NCBI GenBank assembly: GCA_046725195.1
Contig: JBKOYD010000016.1
Span: 49,451 to 113,450, forward strand
Source: Acidobacteriota bacterium
GTDB taxonomy: Bacteria; Acidobacteriota; Blastocatellia; Pyrinomonadales; Pyrinomonadaceae
Length of the DNA: 64,000 nt
Direction: 5' to 3'
A program made the position numbers and the translations under genes. Positions 59,871 through 64,000 of the stretch are shown here, piece after piece. How positions within the stretch are numbered: position 1 is the stretch's first letter; each line of letters starts with the position of its first letter. The notes beneath the pieces are model-generated. The model was not told where the DNA came from and made no database searches. It worked only from the letters and a program-made list of their open reading frames with translations.

Positions 59871-60953
59871 ATGCGTGTACTGATCGCTGCCGGCGGAACT
59901 GGCGGACATATTTATCCAGGAATTGCAGTTGCGCAGGAGATCATGCGACGTGCCCCGGCTTCGAAAGTACGTTTCGTCGGCACAGCGCGCGGACTGGAAA
60001 CAAGGTTGGTACCGCAAGCTGGGTTTGAGTTGTCGCTAATTGACAGTGCGGGTCTGAAGAATGTCAGGCTCGTCGCAAGAATGAAAAGCCTCGCGGTGTT
60101 GCCAAAGAGTTTTCTTTCCGCATGGAATGTGATTCGACAGTTTCAGCCGGACGTTGTGGTCGGCGCTGGAGGGTACGTATCAGGACCGGTGGTGATGATG
60201 GCGGCGTTGACAAATCGGCCGACGCTGGTGATGGAATCGAACGCCTTACCAGGTTTGACAAATCGCGTGCTAGCTCGCTTCGTTGATCGTGCTGCTGTCT
60301 CATTTGAGCAAGCGTTGCCGTACTTTCGCGGTAAGGGAACCGTAACCGGTAATCCAGTTCGTCGGGAGTTTTTTGAGATACCGGCTAAGAAACGAGAAGA
60401 CGGAAAGTTTTCGCTACTCGTCTTTGGTGGTTCTCAAGGAGCGCACGCGATCAATGAGGCAATGATCGAAGCGCTGCCGAACCTCGAGCATGTTCCCACC
60501 TTGCTGAGGATAAAGCACCAGACTGGTGCGGCTGACCTTGAAAAAGTGCGTTCCGCTTACCTGACGAATGGGTGGGGAGAACGTGCTGATGTGCGTAGTT
60601 ACATTGACAACATGGTCGCGGATTTCGCCGAAGCAGATTTGGTGATCTGTCGTGCGGGAGCAACGACAACGGCAGAACTGATTGCGGCCGGGAAAGCGTC
60701 AATCATGATTCCTTTTCCGTTCGCAGCTGACGACCATCAGCGAAAGAACGCTGAAGCATTACAAGCTGCGGGAGCAGCGACGGTGATTCTGCAACAAGAC
60801 TTGAGTGGCGAGCGACTCGCAAAAGAGATTAGCGACCTGGCCCAAGCGCCAGAGCGGGTTGGCCGCATGGAGGAGGCAAGTCGGAAATTAGCACACGGCG
60901 ATGCTGCAGCTTCTGCAGTGGAGTTGATCAAAGAACTAGCGGGAAAGAAATAG
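59871..60953 (+). CDS. murG: UDP-GlcNAc--lipid I GlcNAc transferase
   Basis: MRVLIAAGGTGGHIYPGIAVA, GGSQGA, RAGATTTAEL. ATG 59871 is preferred over TTG 59859. Confidence 0.9.
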   Translation: MRVLIAAGGTGGHIYPGIAVAQEIMRRAPASKVRFVGTARGLETRLVPQAGFELSLIDSAGLKNVRLVARMKSLAVLPKSFLSAWNVIRQFQPDVVVGAGGYVSGPVVMMAALTNRPTLVMESNALPGLTNRVLARFVDRAAVSFEQALPYFRGKGTVTGNPVRREFFEIPAKKREDGKFSLLVFGGSQGAHAINEAMIEALPNLEHVPTLLRIKHQTGAADLEKVRSAYLTNGWGERADVRSYIDNMVADFAEADLVICRAGATTTAELIAAGKASIMIPFPFAADDHQRKNAEALQAAGAATVILQQDLSGERLAKEISDLAQAPERVGRMEEASRKLAHGDAAASAVELIKELAGKK

Positions 60954-60955
60954 AA

Positions 60956-61013
60956 GCAGGAGGCGGGATACAGGAGCAGAGGGCAGGAGGCAGGAGCAGG
61001 AGCAGGAGCAGAG
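60956..61013. repeat. (CAGGAG)n-type array directly after the murG stop (same word family as 57084-57118)
   Basis: gcaggagg..caggagcagagggcaggaggcaggagcaggagcaggagcagag. It is followed at 61071-61093 by aagcacaagcacaaagtacgaag (ACAAAG family). Confidence 0.75.
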
Positions 61014-61097
61014 ACACGAGGGCCAGTTTTGTCACGCCGAACATTGCCCCCTCGGCGTTAGAGAAAAGAAAAGCACAAGCACAAAGTACGAAGAGAA

Positions 61098-62498
61098 ATG
61101 TTTCGCAGAATTCAACACGTCCATTTTGTTGGCATCGGCGGTATCGGCATGTCCGGCATTGCTGAGGTGCTGATCAATCTGGGCTTTCGCGTTTCCGGTT
61201 CGGATCTGAAACGTTCGAGCGTTACTGATCGGCTAGAACAAATGGGAGTGGAGTTCTACGAAGGTCATGATGCCGAGAACGTCGGGCAGCCTCACGTTGT
61301 GGTTCGTTCTACAGCAGTTCGCGACGACAACCCGGAGATCCTTGAGGCGAACCGCCGGTCAATCCCCGTCATACCGCGTGCCGAAATGCTGGCCGAGTTA
61401 ATGCGCCTCAAACCACATACGGTGGCTGTCGCGGGTTCACACGGAAAGACCACAACGACCTCGATGGTCGCCACTGTCCTGGGACATGCCGGCTTAGATC
61501 CAACGATGGTTGTGGGAGGCGTTGTTGGTGCCTTTGGTTCCAACGCACATCTAGGAACTAGCGACCTCATGGTTGTCGAAGCCGATGAGAGTGATCGTTC
61601 TTTTCTGATGCTGACACCGACGATTGCCGTCGTCACAAACATCGATCGCGAGCACATGGACTACTACCACGATATGGATGACGTGCGCGCGTGCTTCGCG
61701 AGTTTTGTAAACAAGGTGCCGTTCTACGGTTCGTCAGTTTTGTGTCTGGACGATCCGAACGTCCAGGCCATTATCCCACTCCTCGAACGGCGGCGCATGA
61801 CGTACGGGTTGAGTGCGCAGGCTGATGTTTCAGCGCACGGCATTCGATATGACAACAATTTTGGATCGACGTTTACTGTTTGGCGGGGCGCTGATGTGAT
61901 CGGCGAGCTGATTCTGCGCGTTCCGGGAATGCACAACGTTTATAACGCACTCGCAGCTATAACAGTCGGATTTGAACTGGAAGTCCCCTTCGAGAAGATC
62001 GTTGAAGGACTTCACAGTTTCACCGGAGCAGGCCGCAGGTTCCAGGCGAAAGGTGAAGTTGGAGGAGTACTTGTTGTTGATGACTACGGTCATCATCCGA
62101 CTGAGATTAGGGCGACACTGGCGGCGGCAAAGCTGGGCTCAGGTGGAAGGCGGATTGTGGTTTTGTTTCAGCCGCACCGCTACACGCGAACTCACGATCT
62201 AATGCAGGAGTTTGCCCGTTCTTTTAACAACGCCGACATACTGTTCATTACGGATATCTACGCGGCGAGCGAGGATCCTATCGAAGGAGTCACTGCTGAA
62301 GCTTTGACTACTGCCATAAAGCGTTTCGGCCATAAGGACGTCAACTACATAGGCGGACTCGACAACGCGGCTTCGGTCTTGCGCGAGTACGTCCAGCCGG
62401 GCGACCTGGTCTTGACGTTGGGAGCGGGAACGGTGAGCCGTATAAGCGAGCAACTCCTGGGTTTAATGCGAGAGCAGGTTGAAGGGACATCAGTTTAG
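61098..62498 (+). CDS. murC: UDP-N-acetylmuramate--L-alanine ligase
   Basis: [39 protein letters not shown]. Confidence 0.95.
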   Translation: MFRRIQHVHFVGIGGIGMSGIAEVLINLGFRVSGSDLKRSSVTDRLEQMGVEFYEGHDAENVGQPHVVVRSTAVRDDNPEILEANRRSIPVIPRAEMLAELMRLKPHTVAVAGSHGKTTTTSMVATVLGHAGLDPTMVVGGVVGAFGSNAHLGTSDLMVVEADESDRSFLMLTPTIAVVTNIDREHMDYYHDMDDVRACFASFVNKVPFYGSSVLCLDDPNVQAIIPLLERRRMTYGLSAQADVSAHGIRYDNNFGSTFTVWRGADVIGELILRVPGMHNVYNALAAITVGFELEVPFEKIVEGLHSFTGAGRRFQAKGEVGGVLVVDDYGHHPTEIRATLAAAKLGSGGRRIVVLFQPHRYTRTHDLMQEFARSFNNADILFITDIYAASEDPIEGVTAEALTTAIKRFGHKDVNYIGGLDNAASVLREYVQPGDLVLTLGAGTVSRISEQLLGLMREQVEGTSV

Positions 62499-62510
62499 AG
62501 ACCAATATCT

Positions 62511-63521
62511 GTGTCGGAAGAAACGAACAAACTGGAAGAGCGTGACCAGGCGTTGGAGGGGATCGCCAGAAAGCTCAAGGTGCGTGCGGAGCGTGGACGC
62601 CGGTTTGCCGAACTGACCAGTCTCCGAGTGGGAGGAGCGATTGATTGGGTTATCTCGCCCGAGACCGAACCGCAAGCGGCGGCGATCGTGTACGAGTTGG
62701 AGAAGGCTGGAATTGGATGGCGACCTCTCGGTTCCGGCAGCAACGTATTAGCTGACGACAGTGACCATCATTACGTTGTGTTGAGTTTGAGTGAGATGAA
62801 GGGTGAGGTTCGCATCGATGGTGATCTAGTTTCGGTTAGTGCCGGATATTCTCTGCCGCGCCTATGTATTGATGTTGCTCGCAAGGGCCTGGCTGGAATC
62901 GAGGGGCTAGGAGGCATTCCCGGCACCGTTGGCGGCGCGCTTTGGATGAATGCAGGAGCGTATGGTCACGAAATCGGAATAGTGACTGAAACTATACGGG
63001 TTGCGCGTGAAGGGCGAGTGATAGAAATTCCGGGATCAAGCATTCAGTGGAACTATCGGCACAGTTCATTCAAAGAGGGGGAATTGTTGCTCGGTGCAAC
63101 ATTGCGCCTGCATCCGGACGATCCAGATCAGATCAAAGCTCGAATGGACGACGCCAAGAGTCGCCGCCTGGCGACGCAGCCGCACGGAGCTCGTTCGGCT
63201 GGTTGTTTCTTCAAGAATCCACCGGCAAGCACAATCGGCACGGGCAAGATGATTGATGAGATGGGTATGAAAGGAAAACGTCGAGGCAGCGCAGTGATTT
63301 CCCCAGTTCATGCCAACTTCATTGTTACGGAAGGCGAGGACGCGCGCGCCGAAGATGCCCTTGCGCTGGCAGAAGAGATCCGCGAACGCGTGCGACGAGA
63401 ACAGGGAATTGAGCTGGAGTATGAGGTGGAGCTTTGGCGCGCTAATCCTCAACCAAATGAGAAGGCGCCGGACGAGGAAACGGTCGAACAGTCTCCTAAC
63501 GCGAGCGGAAAGGAGCAATGA
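62511..63521 (+). CDS. murB: UDP-N-acetylenolpyruvoylglucosamine reductase
   Basis: TSLRVGGAIDW, LGSGSNVL, GSAGCFFKNP. GTG start. Charged C-terminal tail of about 30 aa. Confidence 0.9.
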   Translation: MSEETNKLEERDQALEGIARKLKVRAERGRRFAELTSLRVGGAIDWVISPETEPQAAAIVYELEKAGIGWRPLGSGSNVLADDSDHHYVVLSLSEMKGEVRIDGDLVSVSAGYSLPRLCIDVARKGLAGIEGLGGIPGTVGGALWMNAGAYGHEIGIVTETIRVAREGRVIEIPGSSIQWNYRHSSFKEGELLLGATLRLHPDDPDQIKARMDDAKSRRLATQPHGARSAGCFFKNPPASTIGTGKMIDEMGMKGKRRGSAVISPVHANFIVTEGEDARAEDALALAEEIRERVRREQGIELEYEVELWRANPQPNEKAPDEETVEQSPNASGKEQ

Positions 63522-63524
63522 GTT

Positions 63525-64000
63525 TTGAGAGATCAGGTCGTGCCTCAAAAAGTTGGAAATAGAAGTGGCTTCGGTGCCAAGGGTCGTCCGGCGAGCGCGA
63601 CTCAGCGCCCGGCTCGACGTGGCCGCGATTCGTCCCAGCCGCTCGGCGCACGCTTGCGAGCACTGTTGGGCTACGTGCCTATTGCGCTCAAATTTGCCAT
63701 GGTCGCGATTATCGGTGTTCTGACTTTCGTTGGGTATCGCGCTGCAGCCTCAGCGAGTTTTTTCCAGATTCGAACCGTTGAGACTGGCGGAACCATTCGC
63801 GCTTCGGTCGAAGCGATTCAAACCGCCGTGCGTCACGACGTTGCGCCGACTGGAGTGTGGAACGCTGATCTGCAAGAGATCAGTAAACATCTTGAGCGGT
63901 TGCCGTGGGTAAGAACTGCAGTGGTCACCCGTGTCTTACCAGATGGTATTCGTGTTCGCATTACTGAACGCCAACAACGCGCTGTCGTGCGTACCTCATC
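63525..64000 (+). CDS. ftsQ: cell division protein FtsQ (3' end outside the window)
   Basis: Not in the ORF track because no stop lies in the window. My translation: LRDQVVPQKVGNRSG...IALKFAMVAIIGVLTFVGY (TM helix)...FQIRTVETGG...LERLPWVRTAVVTRVLPDGIRVRITERQQ (POTRA). AGGAG lies 9 nt before TTG 63525; GTG 63540 is the alternative start. Confidence 0.7.
   Translation, partial: MRDQVVPQKVGNRSGFGAKGRPASATQRPARRGRDSSQPLGARLRALLGYVPIALKFAMVAIIGVLTFVGYRAAASASFFQIRTVETGGTIRASVEAIQTAVRHDVAPTGVWNADLQEISKHLERLPWVRTAVVTRVLPDGIRVRITERQQRAVVRTS

Noticed and set aside
57084-61013. CRISPR-like interpretation of the repeated words
   Set aside because: The units are 6-8 nt, directly tandem or palindromic, with no 25-40-nt constant repeats alternating with unique spacers. 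No cas genes are present in the window.

Overview
Dense, mostly housekeeping 64-kb chromosomal segment of a Gram-negative bacterium. The gene content (MglA/MglB, S46 peptidase, LptE, KDHGV-repeat protein, BNR protein) looks Acidobacteriota-like, but that is only a guess. By eye I found no rRNA, tRNA, CRISPR array, transposase or integrase. Left to right: MFS fragment, ABC-2 exporter and nth; a coupled HExxH-peptidase/ATP-grasp pair; an NlpC/P60 peptidase. A long minus-strand operon follows (phoH-ybeY-corC plus a CWC protein, a deoxyhypusine-synthase-like protein and a YkgJ protein). Then rpsT; lptE-holA; a frameshifted BNR/Asp-box gene; tilS-ftsH-folP. Next come a 30-aa-repeat protein, an S46 peptidase, pcrA with an isochorismatase, ada, yvcK(glmR)-glmU-glmS, an H1-like/TPR protein, mglB-mglA, and ruvA-ruvB-yihY-queA-GNAT. 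The most interesting part is a compact bacterial microcompartment (BMC) operon at 42.2-46.3 kb. It contains rex, a membrane-anchored ORF, a class II aldolase with an encapsulation-peptide-like tail, one BMC-H, three BMC-P paralogues and a Cys-motif ORF. No aldehyde dehydrogenase or PduL is present anywhere in the window. After that come lemA-NTase-TPM, a ZIP transporter, and a dcw cluster (mraZ ... ftsQ) with a recognisable promoter and MraZ operator but lacking murE and ddl. A second recurring signal is a family of low-complexity 'word' repeats and palindromes in intergenic spacers, some reaching into annotated ORF ends. All calls come from reading the ORF translations and the DNA by eye; no searches were run.
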